64,000 bases of DNA from Candidatus Zixiibacteriota bacterium (GTDB lineage: Bacteria > Zixibacteria > MSB-5A5 > GN15 > FEB-12), in NCBI GenBank assembly GCA_024276275.1, contig JAJRXM010000018.1, positions 20,324 through 84,323 of the forward strand, read 5' to 3'. Within the stretch, counting starts at the first letter, position 1. Every line of letters begins with the position of its first letter. Of this stretch, positions 38,892 to 49,456 are shown one piece after another. The notes below the pieces were generated by a model. That model saw nothing but the letters and a program-made list of their open reading frames with translations. It made no database searches and had not been told where the DNA came from. The position numbers were made by a program, and so were the translations under genes.

Positions 38892-39037
38892 ATATAGAAA
38901 ATTATTTCAGTCTATTATTTTATGATTGACAAAAACGGTATTTTTTATGTTATTAACTTATTCAATTTCAGAATAAACTACATAAGAGTATTTAAATTTT
39001 ATGTAAGTAGTTATGAACAGTATCTTTATTAATATAG

Positions 39038-40842
39038 ATGGAGAAAAGTATGAAGTCTATTTATAAAATAGTGATTGTTTCGGTAGTTATAGTTCTAAGT
39101 TTACATGTATCTGTATTTTCAAAAAATAAACTTGATAAGTTCGCGGAAGAATATGCTAAAAACTTAATTGAAATCATGAAAGTATATGACACCTTAAAAT
39201 TAAAACAACTAACAGCAACTGCCGATGAACTTTCTCAATATATTAAATCGATGAGTCAGGAAGAACAAAATTCTATAAATGAAATGTATCCTGATTTAGA
39301 AGAATCAAGTCAAATGACTTATAAATCTTTAAAATACAATTTCAAGGGGATGAAGTTGAGTCTATTGCTGATGCAAATGTAATTATTCCAATAGAGAGAA
39401 TCAAATATAAATCACATATTATATACGATACGGTAAGTAACTATTCAAAGCTCAATTTTATAAGTCATAGGATTGATATTATTTTCGCAATTCCTTATGA
39501 AGGTTTTGGAGAAATACTTTTTAAATTTCCTACTTATGTGACATTAAGCGATAAAAGATTTACTCTTAATAATTTTTTAATTTATAAAAAAATAGAAGAG
39601 TTACCTTCAAAGCAGATGAATTCGTACGTTCAAACATTTATGAAAACGATATTCAGTCAGGACAGTGTGCAATTTAGAAAAAAATTACGTCCCGATTTGG
39701 ACAACTTTTTATGGAATATTGATAATCGAATAAATCTGTTTGCTCGTAATTCATATAAAAAAGATCCTTCCGAATTCGGAATTGATGAAAAGAATTTTAA
39801 TACTGAAATAGTAAAAAGTTTTGATAGTGAATTTTTATATACTGTCAGTCTATTTAATAGCATAATTGTTTTAGATTCTGTCAAAGAATATAAAATAAAA
39901 GAATGTGTTCCATTGAATTCCTTTACTTTTTTTGAAAAGGGTACTATCAGGTTTGATTATGATGTAACCTATACAACAGTCATCTCAATTGAATTGTCTG
40001 TAACATTTTCAGATGAAACTACGAAAGATTATACTTTTATAACGAGTGTGATGCAAGGTAAAGATAAATACTATACCGGGTTTTATGAAAATATCTATCT
40101 TGGTGAAACAGTAATTAACGAAACAGAAAACGAACAAGCTATTACGACTGAAACGAAAAACGAAGAAGTTGTCCCATCAAAACCCAAAAATACAATTCTC
40201 TATTTTGGAAAAGATAACGAAGGGTACCAAGTAAAATGTCCAGAGCAAAAATCTAAGATATCTATGTTAAGAATTGCTTATATGGATGATAAATTTGTTG
40301 ATGTTATTGATTATGCAAAAACAATTTTAGAATGTCCTTATGGTTTAAAGTATAAAGACCTTATAAGAGTACAGATATACAACGGTGATGCGTATATGAG
40401 ATTGTATGCTGATTCAATAAACCAGAGAAACACTAAATACCGCTCAAATCCAAATCATTTACTTGAAGCTATTGATTCTTATATCACTGCATATAAGCTT
40501 ATTGACGATGTAGATTTTCCAAACTATTCTCGAAAATATCAACGTTTTGATGATCAACATTACAATGCTGTTATTATGGCATATAATCATGGTGTTGAAT
40601 TGAGTGGTAACAATCAGGTGGATAGTTAATTGATTTATTTTGAAACGGCTGCTAACGGAGCTGAGTTTATCGTTTTAGATAAAGATAATGAAAAGAATGC
40701 AATAATGGTAGCAGCGAACGCGGGGAACAATGCCGGAGATATTAATTTTAGGCTCGAGTTGGCAAAGATAACTATCTTGAACTACTCAAACGAAAATATG
40801 CCGACCCGATGGATTTCACCGGTAGACCTCTCAAGGGGATGA
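39038..40842 (+). pseudogene. secreted hypothetical protein interrupted by a 1-nt deletion in a G-run (39346-39349) and an in-frame TAA (40627-40629); tracked as three ORFs
   Basis: 39038..39382 carries the signal peptide. The frame of 39538..40629 is open back to 39325 and reads ..FQGDEVESIADANVIIPIERIKY... Restoring one G gives YNFKGDEVESIA. 40630..40842 is in the same frame directly after the TAA. Confidence 0.55.
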
Positions 40843-41022
40843 TATATATTTATTCGGGAGGAATTAAAACGAAGAAAAATTTACAATTTTGGCTCGACCA
40901 ATCTCTTGCGTTTGTAAAAACTTTGCCTAAGAAAAAAGTCTGATTACTGTAACTATCTAAATAAGTAATCGTATAAAATATATAATAGAGAAAAATTTAA
41001 TCAATTGATATAAGGTTTTATA

Positions 41023-41988
41023 ATGAAAGCTATAGTTTATCACAATTATGGTTCTCCCGAAGTCTTAAAACTTGCTGATATTCCAAAGCCGGTTCCAAAT
41101 GACAATCAAGTATTAGTGAAAGTATATTCAGCTTCGGTTAATCCATTAGATTGGCATTTCATGAGAGGAAAACCTTTTTTGGTGCGTTTTATGGGGTCCG
41201 GTTTTTTTAAACCAAAAAATGGACAACTCGGTGTAGATATCGCTGGCAGAGTCGAAGCGGTAGGTAAAAATGTAAATCAGTTTAAAATAGGGGATGAAGT
41301 CTTTGGCGGAGCAAATATCAATGGATTTGCTGAATATGTTTCTATTGTCGATAAAAGATTAGTATTAAAACCTTCAAATGTTTCTTTTGATGCTGCTGCC
41401 TCGGCACCGATTGCTGCAATTACAGCCCTTCAAGCACTTCGTGATAACGGAAAGATACAGTCAGGACAAAATGTTTTGATTAATGGTGCTTCAGGTGGAG
41501 TAGGCACATTCGCCGTACAGATAGCAAAATCATATAATACTGTAGTAACCGGAGTTTGTAGTAGTAGAAATTTGGAAATGGTAAAATCAATCGGTGCTGA
41601 TAATGTTATTGATTATACAAAGGAAAATTTCACTAAGAATCAGCTAAAGTACGATTTGATTCTTGATACAGCAGCATATCATTCAATGGCGGATTATAGA
41701 CGTGTATTAAACTCTCAAGGGAGATTTGTGATGGTGGGAGGTTCTATGGCTCTTATGATGAAGCTGTCGTTATTTGGTTTTGTAAACTCAATGTATGGGA
41801 ATAAGAAAATGGGCGGTATGGTGGCAAAAATCAATAATGAAGATCTGCTTGTTATAAAAGAGCTTCTTGATTTGGGAAAAGTTAAGGCTGTTATTGATCG
41901 TACCTACCCATTAGATGAAACTGCCGATGCGATTAGATATCTTGAAGAGGGGCATGCTCGCGGGAAAGTGATTATAAAAATATCATGA
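41023..41988 (+). CDS. zinc-type alcohol dehydrogenase / NADPH:quinone reductase-like (MDR superfamily) oxidoreductase
   Basis: GroES-like N-terminus and a Rossmann GASGGVGTFAVQIAK motif. The ~320 aa length is typical of MDR proteins. Confidence 0.88.
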   Translation: MKAIVYHNYGSPEVLKLADIPKPVPNDNQVLVKVYSASVNPLDWHFMRGKPFLVRFMGSGFFKPKNGQLGVDIAGRVEAVGKNVNQFKIGDEVFGGANINGFAEYVSIVDKRLVLKPSNVSFDAAASAPIAAITALQALRDNGKIQSGQNVLINGASGGVGTFAVQIAKSYNTVVTGVCSSRNLEMVKSIGADNVIDYTKENFTKNQLKYDLILDTAAYHSMADYRRVLNSQGRFVMVGGSMALMMKLSLFGFVNSMYGNKKMGGMVAKINNEDLLVIKELLDLGKVKAVIDRTYPLDETADAIRYLEEGHARGKVIIKIS

Positions 41989-42113
41989 ACAGCTTTATGT
42001 TCTTTTGGAAACTAGAAAATGTTAAACTTGACAATATCTATCAAATAAGTCACTTTATATAAAAGTAACGCACCTGAGAATGACATCCTTACTATGATTA
42101 TATAGAGATATGA

Positions 42114-42809
42114 ATGAATTTATTCCAGCGTTTATCTTACTTAAAAGAGTGGCACGATAGTAACCACACTTTGTATTCTGAAAATAGAAACAAATTCAAA
42201 GAAGCCTTCAGCAAAAAATATAAAAACGAACTCAAAAGATATACCGAAGAATTAAAACGTCTCAAAAGAAAAAGAGCTCAGGATATGATTGAAGAGAGTG
42301 CTTTGTCATATCAAGATTGGGTCGAAAGAAACTTTCAAAAACTGCTCAAACAACTTTCACATACTGTTCTTGAATCTAAAAAAAATGAATTACTCGGAAA
42401 TTTTGACCGATGGTTAAAAGATTTTGCAACTCTTGATTACAAATTTCGGGTCTACTCACTGGAGTTATACTATAAAGTCGAAATAGCCCGTTATAACGCT
42501 CAGTTTGACAGATATATTATAGCATTACGGGACGGTCAGGCTGAATGGTTAATTCAAGAGGATGAACAATATAATCAATGGTCTGAAAATCATCCATTGT
42601 ATAAAGAATTACAGGAATTAGAATATCAATATGACAGGTTATCAGATGACGATACGGTTGGGCAAAATTATGCCTATAATCAAAGAAAACAATTTCATAA
42701 GAATATGCATAAATTCACGAAGAACTATCACCCGACTCGTAAAGAAAATCTCACGATTAAAGTAGAAAAACCGCTATCGGTGAAACCGTACACGCCGTCA
42801 TATTTTTAA
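42114..42809 (+). CDS. hypothetical coiled-coil-rich protein
   Basis: An intact 231-aa ORF, charged and Tyr/Gln-rich, with no recognisable family. Confidence 0.45.
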   Translation: MNLFQRLSYLKEWHDSNHTLYSENRNKFKEAFSKKYKNELKRYTEELKRLKRKRAQDMIEESALSYQDWVERNFQKLLKQLSHTVLESKKNELLGNFDRWLKDFATLDYKFRVYSLELYYKVEIARYNAQFDRYIIALRDGQAEWLIQEDEQYNQWSENHPLYKELQELEYQYDRLSDDDTVGQNYAYNQRKQFHKNMHKFTKNYHPTRKENLTIKVEKPLSVKPYTPSYF

Positions 42810-42829
42810 TTAGTTTTGTGCGACCAAGT

Positions 42830-44545
42830 CTACTTTAAATCCATCAAGTCCCATAGAAGAGCAGGAGGAAGTGAACCGTACGAAAGCAGTTTGTCATGAA
42901 ATTCCAAGAGCGAAAAGTCCGAACCTTTTTTAGCTTTGTAAGCCTCAAGAAGTTTTAGGATTTCTGTTTTACCTGTCAAATATGACATTGGCATTGTCGG
43001 ATACATCGTATATTTTCGGACTTGTTTTTTGATATATGCTCTGCCGGATTCGGTGTCAATATCCAATGCGTCATTCATCCAGGCAACACATTCGTCATAA
43101 CTGAATTGACCGTTATGTAGTTTCATGTCGGCTATAATACGGGCAGCACGGAACCGAATACCGCCTAAAATTCCGAGCCATTGATTGTGGTCTTCTTCAC
43201 CGAATAATCCCTGCTCATACATCATTTGTTACGAATACAAAGCCCATCCCTCAATCATCATCAAGTTTGTCTGCCACTTTCTGACCGGGTCGCTGTTCTT
43301 GCCGGCAATTTGCATTTGTAAATGATGTCCCGGAAAAGCCTCATGCACAACTGAACCCTTGAAACCGCGACGGTGGATATATCTAAATCGACTTTCAAGC
43401 ATTTTTCGGGATAAATCGTCGGGGATAGGGCGAACATAAAAATAGCCGTGCTGTTCTTTGTCAAACGGACCTGCGGGTTGATAGGCGATACCGGCTACCA
43501 TTGAACGTAAAAACGGTGGTGTTTCAATTACTGAAACAGGTGCAAGATTTTCGGGAATTGTGACTATTTCATTCTTTTTGAGAAATATCTTTACCTGTTC
43601 AGTTTCCCAGTTATAATAATCCAAAATATCCTGTTTGGTAAAAACAGAGGGAACAAAAACAGAATCAACGCCGTTTTGGTGATGAGATTCGACATACGCT
43701 TTATATTCATTGTATGCTTTATTAGCATCATCATAAAGAGCTTCACCGATTTTTAAGAGAGAATCAGAATTGTAATTTAAAAAATATTCATTTTGTAATT
43801 TGTAATCAAGTTTTTTAGTTCCAATTGCAAATGATCCTTCTTTGCCCGGATTGATTTCTAAAAGATATGTAATGAAGTCATTCATCGCATCGCGTGCAGC
43901 CGAAGATACTTTTAATATATTGTCAGCACGTTCCGGAAATTTATTCATCAATTCCCCGGCAACTTCTTTATAAAAATCTATCGCTGTTTCCAAAGATTCT
44001 AAGGCAGCATCAATATATATCTGTGGTGGGTTCTTAATATTTTTTCTCGCAGTAGCAAATAAAGAGGGAACAGCTTTCATACGACTGATAAGAGGGACCA
44101 CTTTTTCAGAAAGAGGAGCATGGTTTGAAAGGATAAGATAATAAATCCCGTTGACTGCTTCATCAACATACAACTGCGGCGATTTTTTATGCCATTGTAT
44201 CTGTTTTAGGTCTAACAAAGCAACATCGGCATTTGACTTTAAAAGCTTGTAATTAATTCTTTCATTTATAGAAAGTTTGGCACCTTTGTATTTGTACAGT
44301 TTTTTTTCATATTTAGTTAGAGCTTTTATCATTGTTTTTACAGACTTAGCAGAATAGTCTGTAAAACGATGGTCGTACGCGTGAATTCCCATTTCAGTAG
44401 AATGCACAGGATAAAATGATTGGAGAGTTTCTAATATGTCATTGCTTAATTTTTCGAACTTCGTGCTTGTTTGGGCATTAAGAGTTGAAGCTATAAAAAG
44501 TATAGTTATAATTCCAAATAAAATAATATGTTTAAATCTACTCAT
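42830..44545 (-). pseudogene. DUF885-family secreted protein with an in-frame TAA at 43229-43231 (tracked ORFs 43229..44545 and 42830..43225)
   Basis: Signal peptide. Has HEAFPGHHLQ and then EGWALYS*QMMYEQGLFG in one continuous frame. The DUF885 consensus here is EGWA.Y.E. Confidence 0.8.
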
Positions 44546-44594
44546 TTTTTCTCCTGTTTATTTTCAAGGCAAAAATGTAATACAATTAAAATTT

Positions 44595-45971
44595 TTAAGC
44601 AAGTCTCTCTTTTTTATAAAACATAGAGGCTAATTCAATATGCATGGTATGCGGGAACATATCGACCGGTTGGATTTCGGGAAGTTCATATCCGGCATCT
44701 ACCAATTTTTGAGCATCACGGGAAAATGTCGCCGGGTTACATGAAATATATAGTATTTTTTCAGGTTGTAATAAAATAAGCTGTTTGAGAGCTTTTGGAT
44801 TTAGTCCGGCACGAGGCGGGTCGATAATTGCTATGTTATATTGATTTTCTTTCATGAAATCAGATTTTAGAAATTCTTTCACAAACCCTTCAAAAAATTG
44901 AATATTTGAGACTCCGTTTTTCTGGGCATTGACTTTTGCAGCCTTGACCGCATCGGGGACTAATTCCACTCCGACGACTTCCGAAACTTTGTCGGCCAGT
45001 AAAATACCTATTGTACCGGTGCCGCAATAAAGGTCGAGCACTTTGTCATCTGCTTTTGGTTTTAGCATATCAAACCCGGTTTGGTACAGCACTTCTGCCT
45101 GAAGTGAATTTGTTTGAAAGAAAGAATTTGCTGATATTTTAAAAAGTTTCCCCATCAGTTTTTCTTCTATATATCCGGGTCCATATAATATTTTTTCAAT
45201 CTCACCAACAGCAATATTTGACTTTTGTCCGTTTTGGGAATGAATGATTGTTGTGATTTGTGGAAAGGCTTCAGTTATCTCAGAAATAAATTTTTCTTCT
45301 TCAGGGAAATCACCATAGTTGGTGACAATGTTTACCATCAACTGATTTGTCTGTTTGGTTGGTCTGAGCATAATAAATCGAATATAACCGACATGGTTTT
45401 GTACGTCATAGACCGTTAACTTATTGTTTTCAATATATGATCGCATCCATTTAACTAATGCACCGTCAGTTTTTTGCGAAATATGGCATTCATTTAAGTT
45501 GAAAATATCCTGATACGACCCGCGACTGTGTAAACCGAGTGTGAAACCGTCTTCTGTTACATTCGATGAGTATTCCATCTTATTTCGATAGTGATATATT
45601 TCTTTTGACCCGATTATATCCAGTATTTTTACATTTTGCAAAGCACCTATTCTTTCGATACAATCGTTCACCTGTTTTTGTTTATAGGCGAGTTGGTCTT
45701 CATATTGTAAATCAAGCCAGGTACAACCGCCGCATTCATGAAAATGCGAACAGACAGCTTTAACACGTTTATCCGATTTTTTTATAATTTCTCTTGTGAT
45801 ACCGTTGAAATATCTTGCTTTTGTTTTTGTGATTTCAGCAAGAACAGTTTCACCGGGTAAGCCGCCTTTGAGAAAAATTACTTTACCGTCAATATGTCCG
45901 ACTGCTTTGCCGTCAAAAGCTAAATCGGTTATTTCTACTTCTAATAGTTTAGTGGGAGTGGTGTTTTCCAT
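44595..45971 (-). CDS. rlmD: 23S rRNA (uracil-5)-methyltransferase, RumA/RlmD family
   Basis: TRAM domain, Fe-S Cys cluster CSHFHECGGC, SAM motif VLDLYCGTGTIG and catalytic YISCNPATFSRD. The start is taken at MENTTP. Confidence 0.85.
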   Translation of the reverse strand: MENTTPTKLLEVEITDLAFDGKAVGHIDGKVIFLKGGLPGETVLAEITKTKARYFNGITREIIKKSDKRVKAVCSHFHECGGCTWLDLQYEDQLAYKQKQVNDCIERIGALQNVKILDIIGSKEIYHYRNKMEYSSNVTEDGFTLGLHSRGSYQDIFNLNECHISQKTDGALVKWMRSYIENNKLTVYDVQNHVGYIRFIMLRPTKQTNQLMVNIVTNYGDFPEEEKFISEITEAFPQITTIIHSQNGQKSNIAVGEIEKILYGPGYIEEKLMGKLFKISANSFFQTNSLQAEVLYQTGFDMLKPKADDKVLDLYCGTGTIGILLADKVSEVVGVELVPDAVKAAKVNAQKNGVSNIQFFEGFVKEFLKSDFMKENQYNIAIIDPPRAGLNPKALKQLILLQPEKILYISCNPATFSRDAQKLVDAGYELPEIQPVDMFPHTMHIELASMFYKKERLA

Positions 45972-46875
45972 TGTGAGTACATAGTAAATCCGAGTTGTCG
46001 CATCTATGAGTTTCAACCTGAATAGTTCCGTGTCCTATTTTAAATTTATCTTTCAGCATCGCATTCAATGCTCTGGTAAGTGCCGGTGAGTTTGTCAGTT
46101 CGGAATCATCTACACAAACATGACATGAGAGAGCGATCTCTTTTGAAGAGAGAGACCAAATATGTAAATCGTGCACATCTATAATTTTATCAAAAGTCAT
46201 CATCTCTGAATGGACTTTATCAAAGTCAATTCCCGGAGGTACTGCTTCCAAAAAGACAAGGGTTGCTTCTTTTAGGACTGAGTATGATGACCAAAGAATC
46301 ATAAGAGCGATAATAAACGACAAAAAGACATCAATAAGATATATGTTTGTCATGATAATAACTATACCGCCTATTATAACCGCAACCGATGAAAGAGCAT
46401 CGTATGCCATGTGCAAAAATGCGGTTTTCATGTTCAGTGATTTCCCTTTTTCAGACTGCAGCAGCACAATAGAAACGATATTTCCAATTAAACCGATAAC
46501 GGAAACTGTTAAAAACATAACAGGATATTTTAACTCCTGTGGATTATAAAACCGGTCATACGCTTCCATCATAATATAAATCGATATTACTACCAATGAG
46601 ACTGCTGAAATAAAAGCGGTCATTACTTCAATACGGAGATATCCGTAAGTAGATTTTTTAGTAGGGGGGAGTTCTGAACCTTTAGCACCCAGCCATGCTA
46701 AAATAAGGGCGGCAACATCGGAAAGGTTATGTACCGCATCGGCAATTAGAGCTAAATATCCCGAGAGAATACCGCCGATAAATTCGGCAATAGTAATTAT
46801 CAAATTAAATACAATAGTCCAGAAAAGTTTTTTCCCGGAAACTTGCTGATGATCGTGTGAGTGTGCCATTGCCAA
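45949..46875 (-). CDS. cation diffusion facilitator (CDF) family metal efflux transporter
   Basis: His-rich N- and C-termini, 6 TM helices, HNLSD and HMAYDALSS motifs, and a C-terminal cytoplasmic domain (HDLHIWSLS). Confidence 0.88.
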   Translation of the reverse strand: MAMAHSHDHQQVSGKKLFWTIVFNLIITIAEFIGGILSGYLALIADAVHNLSDVAALILAWLGAKGSELPPTKKSTYGYLRIEVMTAFISAVSLVVISIYIMMEAYDRFYNPQELKYPVMFLTVSVIGLIGNIVSIVLLQSEKGKSLNMKTAFLHMAYDALSSVAVIIGGIVIIMTNIYLIDVFLSFIIALMILWSSYSVLKEATLVFLEAVPPGIDFDKVHSEMMTFDKIIDVHDLHIWSLSSKEIALSCHVCVDDSELTNSPALTRALNAMLKDKFKIGHGTIQVETHRCDNSDLLCTHNGKHHSH

Positions 46876-46908
46876 TAATATACGGAATCTAAAATTTGAA
46901 TGTAATAA

Positions 46909-47391
46909 TTATTTTATTTGCTTCAAAAGAAGATTTATAGCGTTCATATGATATACCTCATGATATGGAATTGCTAATACAGCATCATGAAACGAGAGTA
47001 AATTCATCCCGAATGAAACTAAAACAGCACTTTCATACTTGACATCGGTATATCTGTGTAAGTCGTTTTCCAGTATTTGCAAAGACTCTTTTAACTCAGA
47101 AAGTAGGTTCTGAAATGTAGGAAGATTAGAGTCAAAATCCGACGGGGAACTGCCCTTAGCAAAATAATTGACATATCTTGTGTCGATTAACGGCATTGCA
47201 AGGTTTGAGCGTTTATACAGAAGTGAAAACTGAGTAGTTAAAATATGACCTGCCTGCCAGAAAAGGTTGTTTGAGAACTTATCGGGAATAATTAGTGATT
47301 CTTCTTCTGAGATATTTTCTAAAAGCGAAAGATTTTTATTCCGTAAAATTGTGAGATGTGAAAATGCCTGCTCTCGTAATTCTTTTTCCAT
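46909..47391 (-). CDS. DinB-family (four-helix bundle, metal-binding) protein
   Basis: 160 aa with spaced His residues (AGHILT...HDAV...YHEVYHMNA) consistent with the DinB/YfiT fold; weak. Confidence 0.5.
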   Translation of the reverse strand: MEKELREQAFSHLTILRNKNLSLLENISEEESLIIPDKFSNNLFWQAGHILTTQFSLLYKRSNLAMPLIDTRYVNYFAKGSSPSDFDSNLPTFQNLLSELKESLQILENDLHRYTDVKYESAVLVSFGMNLLSFHDAVLAIPYHEVYHMNAINLLLKQIK

Positions 47392-47393
47392 CG

Positions 47394-48059
47394 TTATCCT
47401 TTAATAAGTTTCAGGGCAAAAAATCCAAGAAATAGAAGGACAATAAAAGCGACTGCCAAGAGATTAAAATACTTATCAATAAATTCCTGAATTTTATTAC
47501 CGTATTTTTTATACATTATTCCGATAAGGCCCGAGACGACAAAAAATCGAAGTGCCCGAGCAACAATTGAAGCAAAAACAAACGGAAGAAAACTCATTTT
47601 GAAGAAACCGGCGGCGATAGTAAATACTTTATACGGTATCGGTGTAAACCCGGCTATACCTACAGCCCAGGGACCAACTTTTACACCCCATATCTCTTTT
47701 TCATTAAACCAATGTTGAGCAATTTTCATCAGTTCCTCAGGACTGGTACCTGATAACGAGGCGGTCAAAGACATCATGCTTTCTCCGACAAGTACAAAGG
47801 CATACTGCCCGATTAAATATCCGAGAATACCCCCCAGGACAGAACCTACGGTACAGATTATTGCAAAACGGTACCATTTTTTATGGTCGCCCATACATAA
47901 AGCAATTAGGAGTGCATCGGGGGGGACAGGAAAAAAAGATGCTTCCGCTAATGCTATAATAAAAAGTGCTGCTTGAGAGTTTTTTGAATGACTCCATTTT
48001 AGGACCCAGTCATAAAGTGACCGCATCCAACGGAGCGGTGCTTTTAGTATAAATAGCAC
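47394..48059 (-). CDS. YqaA/DedA-family (SNARE-associated) membrane protein
   Basis: FFPVPPDALLIAL motif, multiple TM helices and ~220 aa length. Confidence 0.7.
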   Translation of the reverse strand: MLFILKAPLRWMRSLYDWVLKWSHSKNSQAALFIIALAEASFFPVPPDALLIALCMGDHKKWYRFAIICTVGSVLGGILGYLIGQYAFVLVGESMMSLTASLSGTSPEELMKIAQHWFNEKEIWGVKVGPWAVGIAGFTPIPYKVFTIAAGFFKMSFLPFVFASIVARALRFFVVSGLIGIMYKKYGNKIQEFIDKYFNLLAVAFIVLLFLGFFALKLIKG

Positions 48060-48062
48060 TTT

Positions 48063-49394
48063 TTATTCCTTATTATCATTGTTGTCTATTTGTTTCGTTT
48101 GCAAAAGTTCAATTTTAAGACGTGTCAATCTGTTTTCTTCTTCTTCTAGAACTACAATCTTAATATCATCGATTATTATTTCATAGTTTTTTTTTGGTAT
48201 AGCTCCGACATAATCGATAACCAGCCCGGCTATTGTTTCAGCTTTATCTTCCGGAAGTTTTGAGTTTAAAAGCTCATTGATAGCTCCAACCCATACGGAT
48301 CCTTCAGCAAATACGATATTGTCAGAATGTTTAACCAGCGGTTCCCTTTCAACATCATACTCATCTTGTATTTCACCAACCAGTTCTTCCAGAATATCTT
48401 CCAATGTAATAATTCCCGCCGTTCCGCCAAACTCATCAAGAACGATGGCAATATGTTGTTTTTTCTTCTGAAAGATATTTAACAGTTTAGAGAGTGGCAT
48501 AGAATCAGGCACAAACAAAGGTTCTCTCAGTAAATCAGAGAGGATAATAAGTTCCGGATTGAGTTTATGAATAATAATATCTTTGGTGTATAAGATACCG
48601 ACGATTTTATCAATATTATTTTCATAAATAGGATAGCGGCTATAACCGTTTTCAATAATAGTATTAAAAATTGTTTTTTGATTCGATTTAATATCAAGAG
48701 CTTCCACATCAATACGTGGTGTCATAGCTCTTCGCACAGTTGAGTCGGCAAAATCAAAAACTGATTTTATCAGTTTTTCTTCGGTTTCATCGAAAACACC
48801 TTTTTGTTTCCCGTCAAATATCATTTGGTTTATTTCATCTTCAGATACCACCGTTTGTTCATTGGAAGTAGAGATACCGAATAATCTTAAAATCATTGTT
48901 GCTGATTTACTTAATGCTATTGAGAAAAAAGAGGTCAATTTTATAAATAGTGTAATAGGTCTGGCAACAATCTGGGCATACCGTTCGGGATTTGAAAGGG
49001 CAAGATATTTCGGAACTAACTCACCGATAACAACCGAGACGATTGTAATGAGAATAGCGACTATGGCTACTGAAAACGGTTTTGCTGAATTGTGTATATA
49101 TTGAGACGGTACTTCTAGAAGCAGAATCTCTATGGATTTTACTAAAGTCGCTCCACCGAAGACTCCTGCGACAGTTGCAAATAGAGTGATACCGACCTGT
49201 ACGGTAGCTAAAAATCTTTCGGGTGTGTTGTGTAAATCTAAAGCTGCTTTGGCAGATTTAGAACCGTCTTCCAATTTGGAAACAAGTTTACTTTTTCGAC
49301 TCGCAATAATAGAAAATTCAGATAGGGCAAAGTATCCATTTGCAATAATAAGTGCCAGGATAGCAAGAATTTCGTAGCTAAGAGTGCTCTCCAT
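48063..49394 (-). CDS. CNNM/HlyC-CorC-family protein (DUF21 + CBS pair + CorC_HlyC)
   Basis: N-terminal 4-TM DUF21, a CBS pair (MTPRIDV..), and the C-terminal transporter-associated domain. Confidence 0.88.
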   Translation of the reverse strand: MESTLSYEILAILALIIANGYFALSEFSIIASRKSKLVSKLEDGSKSAKAALDLHNTPERFLATVQVGITLFATVAGVFGGATLVKSIEILLLEVPSQYIHNSAKPFSVAIVAILITIVSVVIGELVPKYLALSNPERYAQIVARPITLFIKLTSFFSIALSKSATMILRLFGISTSNEQTVVSEDEINQMIFDGKQKGVFDETEEKLIKSVFDFADSTVRRAMTPRIDVEALDIKSNQKTIFNTIIENGYSRYPIYENNIDKIVGILYTKDIIIHKLNPELIILSDLLREPLFVPDSMPLSKLLNIFQKKKQHIAIVLDEFGGTAGIITLEDILEELVGEIQDEYDVEREPLVKHSDNIVFAEGSVWVGAINELLNSKLPEDKAETIAGLVIDYVGAIPKKNYEIIIDDIKIVVLEEEENRLTRLKIELLQTKQIDNNDNKE

Positions 49395-49456
49395 GCTAGA
49401 GAGTCTCCTTCGATGTCGTCAGGGGTATCGGAACAGGGTCCGATTGTTCGGCCGAT

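Noticed and set aside
19962-39349. Phase variation by slipped-strand mispairing at the T-run (19962) and G-run (39346)
   Set aside because: The tracts are only 3-4 nt long, far shorter than functional contingency tracts (usually 7 nt or more). A sequencing indel or a simple mutation is more plausible.
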